Assembly: GCA_004022145.1 (NCBI GenBank)
Contig: RCNU01000008.1
DNA: 64,000 nt
Origin: Paecilomyces variotii
Lineage: Eukaryota
Direction: 5' to 3' (one strand)
In this document: piece after piece, positions 25,311-38,418 of the stretch
Numbering within the stretch: the first letter of the stretch is position 1
Layout: each line of letters opens with the position of its first letter
Position numbers and translations under genes: made by a program
The notes under the pieces: generated by a model
Told to the model about the DNA's origin: nothing
Databases searched by the model: none
The model's input: only the letters and a program-made list of their open reading frames with translations

Positions 25311-28012
25311 ATGGCCGAGACAGATACCGCGCAGGTATCGACCAGCGCGAATCCGTACGAGACAGATCCGGACAAGATTCCAGAAGGCGATCCTTACCTA
25401 GCTCGAAGCCCTCATTATGGCCGCTACCACCCGCGACCTGACGACTTTACGCCCCAATACAATCACTGGTACCAATCCGAGCCTGAAAGCACAGAATACT
25501 GGAAGGACGTTGTGCGGAAATACTGTACACCGGAGAATTCTATACAGACGGTCGGGGATAGGGAAGTCTTTATTGCCGGCACAGTCGTCATCCGAGTGGA
25601 CAAGGAAGATGCGAGTGGCGCAGCAGAGTCGCGGTATTCTTGCTTGAACGCAAACGAACTAGGAGCTGCTAGAAAGGCCCGAGAGGCCCTCAGAGACTTA
25701 GACATTGCGGTGCCTGTGATATACTTCTGTGGAACTGTCGACGGGAAGAATGTCACCGTCGAATCGCGAATCCCAGGTGTCTCGCTGGACGTTGCCTGGA
25801 GATATCTCACACCAGAGCAAAGGCAAAGTCTCAAAGTACAGTGTTGCAATGTCATTAAGAATCTCCAGATCGCCGACTCGTCGTCTGATGAACCCTCCTA
25901 CGTCTGCCGCGGATTGAATCACCAAACACTACCGGAAGCGCAACAACCGGAACGGGATATACTTTTCGAGGAGAACAAAAAGGGTGAAGATTTCTGCTTT
26001 GTACATAATGATATGGTCCGATCTAATATCGTTGTAAAAGACGATAAGATTGTTGGCATCGTTGGCTGGAGACAATGTGGCTACTTTGGTCTCGATAGGG
26101 CTAGGAATGTCCATCGCGAGCTAAGAACGCCTGAATCGTCTTACATCACTGCCTCAGGTGAGGATGATGGTGAGAAGAATTCCTGGGCTGACCTGTATGA
26201 TTTGTTACGCGAGGACACTGGCAAAAAGGCTCTTACGAATGGACATGGCAACCCGACGCCCGAGGTGAAACTCGAGCCCTCCGCCTCTAGTCTGGATGCA
26301 GTCCCCAGCGCTGCCATGGACGGCGTAAAGCTTTCTATAAGCCAGTTGGACGGCACAGATTTTCCTGCCGAACATCCTACTCCCAAGAAAGTGAACGATT
26401 TGAAAAGGGGTTCAATGTCAAGAGCCTCATCATCAGAACGTTCGTCCCCCGTTCCAGCTACCAAGGGCGGCACTGCTGCCAAAAGACCCACGGCAGCATC
26501 AAGCAAGAAGGGCACGGCAACTCAAAAAGCCGCGCCTAAAAAGCGCAAGCTAAACACTCGGGACGGAGAAAGTGTTGATGGCCGTTCTAACACCCCGGCC
26601 TCATCGCGTGCGAGCAAGACGCCAGCGCCAAAAAAGCAGGGTTCCGCATCGGCGGCAGGCTCGCCAGCTCCAGAAAACAAGAAGAAACGTTCGAAGAAAG
26701 CAGCTCCGGAGTCAGACGACGAAAGTGTCGAAGACGCGAACGAGGTCTTCTGTATCTGCCGGCGACCAGATAATCATACCTGGATGATCGGTTGTGATGG
26801 AGGCTGCGAAGATTGGTTTCATGGAAAATGTGTCAATATCGATCCCAGAGATGCAGACTTGATTGACAAGTACATTTGTAAGTCTTATCAGTGCCTTACT
26901 ACCTTCCATGTATCTGCCCTCGCTGACAATACTCGTCAGGCCCCAATTGCCAAGAGCAAGGAAAAGGAAACACCACATGGAAGCCGATGTGTCGCCTGCC
27001 AGAATGTCGCAAGCCTGCTCGTATCACCAAACAGGTCTTGAGCAAATACTGCTGTGACGATCATGGCCGAGAGTTCATGCGTCTTAAGACTCAACACCTC
27101 AACCTAGTACCCGCTGTACGCACTTCCAATAACTCACGCTCCACGAGCAGTACTCGAAAAGGAGACAAAAGCCAGCGGAGTAGTAATCTTGTTGGCGAAC
27201 AAGATCCAGAGGCGTCTCACGCCGAGGATGGCGCCGCATCCAACGAAGACGATGACGATGACATGGACGCCGATGTGAGGAATGCAACGGAGGAACTCGG
27301 GAGCAGAGGGGGTATTCTCACGGCACGCGAGTTGAAGGCAGCTATATCAGGAGTATCCTCGGTGGAAGAGTTCCGAAGACTGGGCGATCGAATTGTGTCG
27401 CCTCCAGACGACAATGTCAAGGATGAAGGCGGCAAGAAGCTGGGTCTAGATATTGATCCTAAGGACCTCACCTACACACCTGATGAGGAGACAAAGATCC
27501 AAAAACTACGGAAGCGAAGAGATGAGCTTCTTCACCGCACAGAGATGCTCCGAGCTCGTAACACCTTCCTAGGCTTAGTACGACAGAGGGGTAAAAACGT
27601 GCTGGAGCGGTTGAAGCAAGTAGACCCAAAGGGTGGCTGGAAGGACATATGTGGCTTCGACACGCGGCTGTCTTGGAGTGACGAGGAATTCGACGAATGG
27701 AGACTCTCCGAGGCCGGCCAAAAGGCTCTCAAGGATGGCAATCTGGAAGCCATTCCTGCAAAGGATGCAGATGGGGATACCCCGATGGAAGACGCCTCGA
27801 ACCAGGAGAATGAAATCGGCACGATTTCTCGCGGTGTCTGTCTCAAGAAACGCTGCGAGCGACATAAACAGTGGGTCAAAGTTCAGCAACAGGACATTCA
27901 ATTCGAGGAAGCCATGACCATCCAAGATCTTGCAAAATGCGAGCAGGAGGCGCAGGCTGTCGTCGAAAGAGCCGTTCTTCGCATGTGGGCTGAGAAAGAT
28001 GGCTCCGGATAG
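25311..28012 (+). CDS. SPP1: COMPASS/Set1C PHD-finger subunit Spp1 with an N-terminal APH/choline-kinase-like domain
   Basis: PHD finger FCICRRPD..WMIGCDGGCEDWFHGKCV...YICPNC across intron 26878-26939; SKYCCDDHG and CLKKRCERHKQW. Confidence 0.85.
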
Positions 28013-28405
28013 ACTGGCAATGTCTCTGGTTTCTCTCACTTCCCTGCGATGGGCGAATCTTGCAGCATGATATCTTTTTTTTTTTCTCTTAATTTCCGCG
28101 CATAAAAAACCCCTGCTGGCATATTCATAAGTTTCGGGAATAAGATACCCCTCTGTTCTAGGGAAGGGCCGGGATTGGAGTTGTTTCATCGGTTATCGTC
28201 CGCCTTTTGTTCGCCGGGGTTGTTTGCAGTCATATTCTATTCTGAACTGCTAGGAAAATGGCGCTTGATATCGACTAGTAATTGCACACATGCGTGATTT
28301 ATCTTCCGAGGCGGACGTACCTATCACATACGTGGTAGGTAATTGTATGCAGATAATAAAAAATGTCTTTGCATCCATGAACATATGTTCTCTCCGGCAC
28401 AGCGC

Positions 28406-29697
28406 TCAGTCTAATGGCGCAGCAAGGGCTTCCCATGTACCTCGATCCCAGACACACCACCTGCCTACACCACTTCCCACTCGATCCTTGACAACCTCGA
28501 CCACGTTTCTACCATTTACCTTGGAAAGAAGCAGGTGGGTGTCGATACCCTGATCGAGGGATCTAGATAGGATGGTGGGTAACAAGGTCGTCGACGTAGC
28601 ACGATGCAAAAAGACGGAATGTATACCCTCGTTTCGATCACCATCTCCGTCCCCGACATTGAATTGTTGCCCTTGGCCAGAGGATCGTGACGAAGGGTTC
28701 ACACTTCTGTTTGGGTATATTGATCCGAGCGTGTTCGTATTGACAAGCATCACAGAAAGAAACGACGCATATGTCCGCGACAGATATGTCAGAGTACGTA
28801 GTACCGGAACTAGTAGAGCCGTGCCTCTAAGCGGGCTTGAGGTGCGAATAAGACCATCAGCCATAGTATCTATTCCCTCGATAATGAGGAGGACCGGGCT
28901 ATTGCAGTTGTCCGAAGACGACACCTGTCCATGGTTCTCTCTGAGCTGGTGTCTCTGCTGCTGAATTCGGTTCAGGGCATCAGACACATTACTGATGGCT
29001 TGTATGACATGAGTGAAATCCAATACGGAGAGAATCTGCACTGAATCAAGAAGCTCAACGGCCTCCTCACGTGATAAGTGCGGTTCATCATGACAGGAAA
29101 GAAGTGAGCCAAGTAGTGTCTCCGGTGAGAAGGCACTAGAAGTTGGAGATCGGATGATGAAAGCCCTTGGTTCCGATGGATGATTCGGGCTGGTCCTACG
29201 GAGATGTGTTGACAGTAGATAACGAGGGAGCTAACAGCAGAATGTCTTTCAGCAGCTGAACAGTCAACTCAACCGGAGAGGTTCCTGAATCCGTAATATT
29301 GGATGCAAGGTAGGGAAGTTCGAGTTTGTGACAGGTTGCAAGGATCGCCAAGCAGCCTGCATACGCGAGTGCGAATGGGAAAGAATTGCATCCTGTATGC
29401 TTATCGACTTACCTCGCAGACTCGTCCCTTGTCTTCATCCGCATTTCCTTCCCTCAGTCTGGAAAAGCCTGTAATAGTGCCACATCTGAAAACGCTGTCT
29501 TTGTCGCTCCCTATACCGTTCTTGATGTCATGCTTGAGACTCCACTCCCGCGAAGGATGGCTGTCGCCCCGCGGGGAGGCATTGTTCACTACCTTCCCAG
29601 AAGCCCTCTTTGCTTCTCCCGGGAATGGTTCTGAAATTAGTGAGGAGGCAAGGATTGGAAAGGCAGGCTCAGCGAGGTAAGCGTTGGTTAAAGACAT
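28406..29697 (-). CDS. RecA/Rad51-paralogue-like protein, one intron 29231-29412
   Basis: Spliced ORF with GTITGFS, AFII, LDSVQILSVLDF, LLIIEGID (Walker B-like), VMLVN, GIDTHLLLS...VVEVVKDR. Confidence 0.6.
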
Positions 29698-31008
29698 CCT
29701 GATGGACTATTGTATTTCCTGAATCAGATAAGGATCCTTGCAACAAAGGGCAGAAACACCTTTCAGCACTTTATTGGATAACTGCGATAGCGTCTGGTTC
29801 GTTTCAGCAAATGTTACGCCTTTTTCGTGTCCTCCCTTTTGCGGGATATTGATCTTTCAGCGCACTATGCGGGTCATTTACTGGCAGGTTGGCGCAGTAC
29901 TGCCGACGATCGTCTCTAGTCGAAAGCCAATGCCGCAGAAGTCAGACCATGTCCAGACTCCAGGCATTAGCAACCAGCCGCTACGTATTGAAATCACGAA
30001 TGAGACCGTGGATAGTGGATTGAAGAAGAATAGAAGTATAAGGAGGCTGGCCAGGAGGGATCTGGGATATGTCTTTTTGATTCAAAAGGCGCCGAACAAC
30101 TTGAAGTTAGCTGATGCACTTCGGTTAGCGCCCTTGGTTGAGTTGATGCCTTAGGGGGAATAATCACGTTTCCCGCCTGGTATTTTTCACGGGTCCAAGG
30201 CATAATGCAACGACTGAGGTAGTAAGGACTCGATTTATCGCTTACATTTCTCTCGGTCACGTACACTTTGGCGTAGAACTCATCTGATGTTGTTGCTGGG
30301 AGATGCCAGATAAAAATAATTAAGTCGATACTGTCACCGACGCAACGGTAACTCTTCTACAGCAGCAAGGTCCTTGCAGATAAGATAGTTGAAATGCTGC
30401 TATCTTATTAGTTTCATTCTCACGAAGGTCCTTGATGTAATGATGGTTTGTTCTTGAACTAGCAAGACGAGGGTCTCCGTTCATCCTTAGGATACTGCAA
30501 CTGAGTTTTCAAGAATCGCCAAGATCAACAGATGATAAAGATATTACGGGGGAAAGTGTATTAGAGTAGAAGCTGAAGATACTAAAACAGGAATAACAGA
30601 CACTAATCAGGACATACGCCCAACCTATTAAACAGGAATAAAAAGGTACCCGTTCCCCGACCATCGGGTGTTGTGCAGACAGAAAACGCCGGTCGCTTGT
30701 AACCCCCAATTCGCGTCAAGCGAGCTTTAATTTGATCCCAATCAAGGGTACCAAGGACTAACTGGGTGTTTTGAGGGGAAATGAGCTCATAGTACTACGG
30801 CCGGCTGAAGTGCTATCAAGCATCCTGAAAGTTTCCCAGGAAAACGTGAAACGGAGTCACCAAGGCTGTTGCTTCGAAGCAGCCAGCTTCGGGTCAACTA
30901 GAGAAACATGTGTCTAATCCATCTCGTCGGGCTTTCCCTGGTCTCCGAGCGGACGGTTGGCCTTCAGGCAAATTAAGATCCAGAACTCAGTAACAAGGAC
31001 CAGTTCAC

Positions 31009-32738
31009 TCAGGAGTCAGCAGGCCGTCTCTCCGGGCGTGGCTTCCTCAAACTCTTCATACGGTTGACAAAGCCGCCGCCGCTCTTCATTCCATCGCCTC
31101 CGCCATTCATCCGCTCATCGGTATCCTTCCTCTCCAGTCCTTGAGGTCTCCTGGGGCTGCTCGCAGCGCGGGCTCTTCCACCAGATTCGTAACTCGTTCT
31201 GGTGTCTTCCGCCATCTGTATTTTGGCGCCCTTCTTGTCCCACGCATCATCGTAGTCCTGGAAGAATGGGTTTCTCTCGTTGGTTCGAGACCCGCTGGAG
31301 GTGGGAGTAGAATAAGTCGCATCGGGGGATACAACACGGCCTCCTCCCGCCCTGGGATTGATGCCTCCTCGGATTCTTTGGGCAAGACTCTTCTTCCGCT
31401 GCAAACCACCGCCGTTCGACCCGCTCCCCGATTCATTTTCACTCTGGCGTCTTTGGATGGCTGCACGACTGGCCGGCGCCCCCTCCAAGAACGTGCTGGT
31501 TCCCAATCCCATGCTTTCTGCGCCATGGATCGGCTCAACACGCGTAGTGGCGCTGAACGCTTCGGGCTGATCGGATTTTCCGCTTGTAGCGAAGTCGTTG
31601 TAGCCTTCGGTTTGGACACCGTGGAAGAGCTCAAGGTCAATGTTATCATTGTTAGGTCCAGCACCACCCAGTGCCATGTTCCTGGAGTCCTTAGGAAACG
31701 CCTGCATCGGCGCAGCCTTTAAGCCCTTGCGATTGCGGTGAGGATTGCAGGCATCAAAGGGACCGTCGTGGTGGAATACTGTATGCTGTGGTTAGCCACT
31801 TTCCCCATGATACACCAGGAGCAGGTGAATCTTACAGCCAGTTCCATAGATGCTGGTCACGTCTAATTTGTCGATGATATCAAGACGATGACTGGGTGTC
31901 TTCTTAGAAGAACGAGACTTGCCATCTCTGTGTCGTGCCTCCCTTTCGCGATGTCTTCTCTCCCTTCGACGTTTTTCGTCTTCCGGATCGAGGGGTTTCT
32001 GAGGTCGCTCCATGACAGAGGACTCCGAATTACGGCGTGGCCGTCTCACGTCATGAGATCTGGAGCGATGAGGCTTTGAAGACGACGATGGCGGGTCTGC
32101 AAAGACATCAAAAGGATCGCTGTCCTTGTTGCGAGCTTGCGAGCGCTCCTTCGGCGGGCGGCTTGGAGGCTTGTTGCTTGGGCGAGAAGGCGCCGGCCTG
32201 CGATTGCTGGTCTCAGAAGAGGGCTCGAGAGAGAGGTTCTCCTAGCCAGGAATGTTAGTAGACTGTGGTTACCGACTCTGGTGGGAAGGATAGACATACG
32301 AAAAGCTCAGCCGTGTTGCCCATCAAGCTGGGTTTGGATGTTGAAGACATGCTGGCACTGGGTGCTGACTGAAAGGAAGTCAGATCCGTCTCGTCCAAGA
32401 ACGGGTTCGTTGACACAGGGCGACCTGTTGAGTTGGGAGAAGTAGCGGAGGGCGACACAGCACGATTCCTGAAGGGATTGTTCGAGCTCAGATTGATGTT
32501 GAGCTGAGGAGAGGGCTGGCGCTCTGGAAAGATTAAGATGGACACTGTTAGTTATTTCCGGCCAGGTTTCGAATTCCGGGAACACATGAGGAAGAGGGGT
32601 CCGGGTCAGACTACCGCTGCACATCAGGCAGGTTGGCGGGCGGGAAGGTGAGAGCGATGATGCTCTGTCAAGGGGAATTGGAGAGTGTAGATTGGGGCAG
32701 GGACACAAACCTGGCGCCGACAGCGGGGCGAGCGACAT
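31009..32738 (-). CDS. PAL1: Pal1 cell-morphology / endocytic site protein, multi-exon (start uncertain)
   Basis: NNPFRNR and TNPFLD (NPF motifs), LDIIDKLDVTSIYGTG, FHHDGPFDACNPHRN, APMQAFPKDS, GLGTSTFLEGAPAS. Confidence 0.85.
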
Positions 32739-35233
32739 TGTGGTCAGATACAATATGTCTGGGATTTGCTGGGGTGTGTCAACTCTGATAAGGATGGTGG
32801 ATTTCGGATGAATGCCAGCAGGGCCTTGGTTTCGAATTTGGGGAGGTTCAGGCGGGAAGCATATATCTGAGGACCCGTGAAGGGAAGTCCGCCGTTTACT
32901 GGCGACCACACGACTCGAGCACTGCACGCCAACACGACCTATGGATGCGGGCGCGAGGAGGGTTCGATTGCAGCACGATCGGCAAGTGTCCAAGGCGGAC
33001 GACGGGAGTGAAACGACGATTGATCTGGTGAGGGTGGGCAGGGACCACGACAGAGGATAAAAGAGTCGTCAACGGTTCGAGGGACACTGTCTTACGCAGA
33101 CGACCGTCTGTCTGGAGATGATCCCAGTCTTGGATTCTTTTCGTGTCCTAGCGACGGGGGGTTTCTCCGATGAGTTTGAGGCAGCCGGGCCGTTCGCAAG
33201 AATGCAGTCCAGTAGTGATTAATCAATCGATAAGGCAGATCGGCAGGTTGGTTGCACGGCGGATCCGTGTGGTGATCGAATAGGATAGGGGAAGTCGCTC
33301 GGCCGGGTAGTCAGTAGTCCTGTCTGCTGAATCGACAAGCAGAATAATAGGAGATGACTCGATTTAATGAACTGGTTCGCGCTGGGGAAGGGGGCGTGGC
33401 TTTAGATGAAACAAGATGGAGCAGTCCTAGGGAGGTGGTGAGGGGGGGAACTTGGAAGGAGGGAGGAAGAGAAGAGGGTGGATGGATGAGACGAAGGCTC
33501 GAAGGCCCAGGAGAGCGTAGAGTTAGACTTCCCAGAGAGTCTCTGCTTCCTCGTCCAGCGATGAGGGCGCGGAGGTTAAAGTGAGGGTCGCAGCGGGGGC
33601 GCTACCAGCGACAGGCGGCCTCCGTTCAGGGACCGTCGTTGAGCCAAATTAATTTGTTGTTGGCGATAGTCAGGGGAAAAAAAGACGCCGCGGATATTGT
33701 TGGGCCTCCTTGACAGCTGCTCTTTGTTTGTCTCGATGCCGTTTCTTTTTGTGGAGTGGGTGATGCTCTGCCGCTGCTGTCGATTGCCCCAGTATATATA
33801 TTTATGCCATGCGAGATCCTGCTTACTGAGTATCGATCGGTACAAAAAATCTGGCTGGCTGTGACCGTCGGATCTTCGTTACTACGACATCTTCGTGGAT
33901 AACCGCTGCAGGAACCATGGTCTACATTCCGCACTCTGAGAAAGATCCATCTCGTTGGATTTTGCTTCTCCGCAGACCACTGAAATACGAACCCCAGAAT
34001 GCCACGGATTCATAATAAATGCCTTTGGTACCGCCTTGCCTCCTTTGAAGGTACGACCAGGAGTCGCGCCAAGGTCACCGCAGGAATCCTTTCCAAGTTG
34101 TCCAACAGAGTCGTCACTACTACTACTGGCCATCAATTGCGTCTAAAGAGCATAAGGACGGGCATTCCCTTCCTGGTCTGGAACCAATGACGGCACGATC
34201 AGCTAGGTACCCAGCCCAAAGTATCTATCTCCTAGATGTTAGGAGAAAGAGGAAGATCCCATAGCCAGGGCATCATCCATCTTGTTCTGGCTCGCTGCCT
34301 GCTTGGCGATCCTGTCTCCCCGTGGAACTCGACGATGAGGACGGCTCGTGGAAACTACCTCGATGACAAAAATAATAATAACGCTCTCTAACTTACCATA
34401 TCAGGTGCGGGCGCACAGTCCGCATCCTCGCGGTTTTCCATCAAACGGATCAGCAGGCAGTGGAGTTCGAGCGGCTTGCACAGGCCCTGGAAATTATTCA
34501 AAGCAAGATTTCTCTGCAACCAGGCATAACATCTATTCACAAGACGGTAATTACCACAGATTCTACTTTGCCGCCCGGGTTGCGCGTTCCGCTTCAGTTG
34601 ACGACATCGCCGTTCTGGTTAAGGCCAGATCGACGGCCGTGCCTGTGCCCCGGTGTCCTTCGTTGCACTAAACTCGGCCTGCGCATCCACTTGGTTTCGC
34701 GGACTGTAAGATCAATTACTGCATACGGAATTCCCCTTGGCGCCAGTGTGGACTGGGAGTGCAATCGCAGACTTGCGTCTACTTAGCCCGACGCTGGAAG
34801 GCTCCAATTCAGGGCTTCTGAGATTCCAGAAGCGGTTTGGGAACAATACTAAGGATTCACCTGGGACCCTGCTTTGCGACTGGTTCTTGGATCTCACTGG
34901 AGGATCGACGTTGTAGGTACTCTAGATCTGTCTATGGTACTCTATAAGATCTCGAATACGACGGCAGCGTAGGAAACAGGGAAATATATCAGATAAAAGC
35001 AGCATGGTTCATTCCGCCTTACATCTGATTCTCGCGGTGAATTGTTGATACCACTGAAAGCCCCGCGTAACTATCACGAGATGTCCAGTAACTGAAGTGC
35101 TGACGGGATACGTTGACCATCCCTCAGAAGGCCCCTTGGTACTGCCTTTCAGTACGTCTAGTCGAAAACAAGACTAGGATGATTCGTCTAAGTTACTAAT
35201 GTACCAATCAACTGGGTTCAAATTAGAAGACTA

Positions 35234-35956
35234 TCCCCTCAGCAAACAGTGAGGGACGTTCCTATTTGGGAAGTCGGGCTAAAATTTAGTGCGGCTTGGT
35301 AATCACGTGGCCGAGGCACAGACCGCCTAGGCCTTTACCTAAACTTTAGGCGTGCTAGCCCCTATTTTAACTATTCGTTTAAGCGCAATCTTTAACTAAT
35401 CTAGAACTTACAGCCTAGGAGCCTCTATAACTTATCCCTAAAGCTACCTAGACTTTAAGCCTAATTATAATTCCCTTTAGCACTAATATTAAGCATTACT
35501 GCTTAAAGTTTTACGAAGCCCTTTAATAAGTAAGCCTAACATTCTTTAACTAAGTGCCTTAAAGCATACATAGGAAGTTAGGTATACTAAAGCTTATTGC
35601 TCAAGGACCCTTTAAGTATGTATAGCCTATAAGCCGTAAATACTCGGTGCCTATTTAACTAATCTAGGGGCGCTTTTCGGGGTGCCTTTAGGCATCCTTG
35701 GCAAGCGTTTAAGCGGTTAAAGCCCTAATATAGGGTGCCGAGAATGCGGTGTAGTGCCCTGTAGAATAAGGGGGGAAATTAGCGTAAAACCTTAGGGAGC
35801 CTCTTAGCTACTGATTTAGTGGTATCTTAACTAATCTAGAGCCTATCCCTCACTAAACGTTAGGGCCCTTTAACTATAAGATCACGTGGATCATGTGACA
35901 GAAACCTGACCCACTACCCGCGCTAACAGAACGTCCCATTTTGTTTGCTGAGGGGA
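35234..35956. mobile_element. Non-autonomous TIR DNA transposon (Tc1/mariner-type, TA target duplication) with RIP-like interior
   Basis: Left TA|TCCCCTCAGCAAACAgtgaGGGACGTTC; right GAACGTCCCattTTGTTTGCTGAGGGGA|TA; interior rich in TpA and poor in CpA/TpG; no ORF. Confidence 0.8.
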
Positions 35957-36823
35957 TAACTAAATGCCCCCCGGAATGATGTCTCTGCGAGCATCTCGCG
36001 AGAGACACGGTAAAGATATTGTATGATGTCGGGTATCATGACCAAAGGAATATATATTGAATCAGCGGACGGTCTGCTTTTGATACAATCACTGGTATAG
36101 CAATGTACAGGACGGGATATCATGCGATCGTTCGCATGTTGTCGTCGACTCGCAAATTATATCCAACGAGAACAATATGCCTGCGAGTAGACAAGATTCG
36201 CCATTTACAGGAACAAACGCTTTCCCCCCACCCTTTAATCACCCAGAAACAGCACAGAATGCGTGGAAGTTATTTGCGCAAATCGTTAACGATCAAGCTT
36301 GACATTGATCATGCGATTGCTGGTCTAGCCAGTCCTCTGTAACTGCGAAATGACTAGGATTGACGGAACCCAGCTGCCCGATATTCCCATTGTTAACGCG
36401 CAATACCGCGGGGCTTTTGTGGTATATCGCCTTCTGATGTGAGACACTGAGGTGGAAGAAGTCAGCAATAGCAAATGGTGTGAATTTGGTCCTCGAAGAC
36501 CTTCCAGGAAAGAGAATAACTATTCGCTAGTCTAGTTAATGTAGTTAGTTATGGATCTTGATGACCAAAAGCGCAGCTTCGGTCGCGAGCTTTACCCAAC
36601 CAAGACCAAGCCCATGTCCACGCAGGTGATGGATACCTACCTTGTCGCTTCCTCCAAGCTTCTTCTTTCAACTTGAAGTCCAGCCCAAAAACTCGACGTC
36701 GACACAACGCTCTTCGTGATCGCAGGGATTCTAATTCCGTCGCCTTGGCCAATCGATCGATAAGAGAAGCTTGTCCCTCCTTCACGACATAGCTTCGTCC
36801 TTCCACCCAGACTTCTACTCATA

Positions 36824-37300
36824 ATGGAACAACCACCTCCTCCCACTCTCACGAACCCCCGCTTCACTCTCGAGCTCGAATTCGTACTCTCCCTCGCAAA
36901 TCCGCACTATCTCTCTCATCTGGCAGTCAATTACCCGAAACTCCTCGGTACCTCGACTGCAGGGGATAATACGAACAACGAAAACGATGCGGACGGGACT
37001 GCCTCGCCGGACGCTCAAGCCTTCGCTGCATACCTAGCCTACCTCTACTCCTACTGGAAGACACCGGAATATGCGCAGTTCCTGACTCATCCTGGAGCCA
37101 CGCTGCGCGCTCTACGACTGCTACAGGAAGAAGCTTTCCGTCGCGATATCATCCGGCCCCAGGTTATCGAGGGACTCTTGGGTATGGGCATTGAAGGAGC
37201 TCCAGCTAGCCAAAACGTTGGGACTACAGGCGCAGACCTTGAGCAAGGGAAGGAAGATGCGGAGGCGCAGCCAGAGATCAAGAACGGGATCAAGACGTGA
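36824..37300 (+). CDS. SOH1: Mediator subunit Med31/Soh1
   Basis: [22 protein letters not shown]...[34 protein letters not shown]. Confidence 0.93.
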   Translation: MEQPPPPTLTNPRFTLELEFVLSLANPHYLSHLAVNYPKLLGTSTAGDNTNNENDADGTASPDAQAFAAYLAYLYSYWKTPEYAQFLTHPGATLRALRLLQEEAFRRDIIRPQVIEGLLGMGIEGAPASQNVGTTGADLEQGKEDAEAQPEIKNGIKT

Positions 37301-38418
37301 AGGGCTCGGTGCGAAGCAGTTGGGGCTTCTTCCAGCAAGATCCGCACCCAACCCCGATTTTTACGCTGCAAGTGGCTTGACATACACATACATCCGCGGG
37401 GAGAGAATCCCAACAGGCGATCTGATATCCTAGGTCGTCCGGGAACAGCGGAGAAATCCCCTCTTTCTGGGCCGGCGCACCTCGATAATCGACGAAGGAA
37501 CAACATACAGGCGTTTCGGGCCTCAACGAGGACGGCACGTGCGACCGAGGAGATCGGCAGGACGCAATTCATGTGACCCCCCGGGTTTCCGGGTTATGAA
37601 GGATAACGGTAGTAATCCTCCAAGCAAAGTGGATGATCAAGGCCCATGTCTTGAGGGAAATAAATATCAATGTCGCCGTGATGTTGGGATAGAATTCAGA
37701 AGATATTGATGGGGCCGCGTCAGCCAAAGTACAGCTGGGTACATGGTGCTGATGCAATTACTACGACGGAAAAGGATAATAGTTAGGCAACCTGGCGAAT
37801 TCATAGATGAACAATCAATGCGATTGTAGATGTCCTTTCTGCCTATTAATTATTAATTAGCATAGAGCTGTAGTACTCTAGGTATATAATAATAAGCATC
37901 CCTTTGCCAGACTCGAAAGACGGGCTGGACATCAAATCAGCCTTGGCACGGCGCACGGGGTGAGCAGAAATCGCCCGATCAGGCGCTACCAACGCCGCCG
38001 TCTGTCAACTCCGTACCTGGCTGAGGCTTGCGAGATTCTCCTTGTTTTCCTCCGTGTCCTATATGTCATCACCCACCTTTCTCTGAGGAGATCCCGGCTG
38101 CGCCTGGAGTCAGGAAAACGGATGGCTCTAGTCTCTCATTCATGAACACTCGGAGATTGTCGCTGCAGACGCAGCACTGCCAACATAGTCTCCACCGCTC
38201 TCCCCTCGACGGCATCTAATCTGTGCTCCTCTCCCACTGCATGCTCGAAATCAGATAATAATATCCTAATCACTGTTCTTTGTCTTTTGTTGGAGAATTG
38301 CCTGTACGGTTGACAGCATCGTCGAAAGTCGCTCATTCTTCTTTCTTTGTTTTCTTTTTTTTTTTTTTTTCGAACTACCCTTTGCGACCAGCGCTCCAGT
38401 GCGGCGCCCGCAGCTCAA

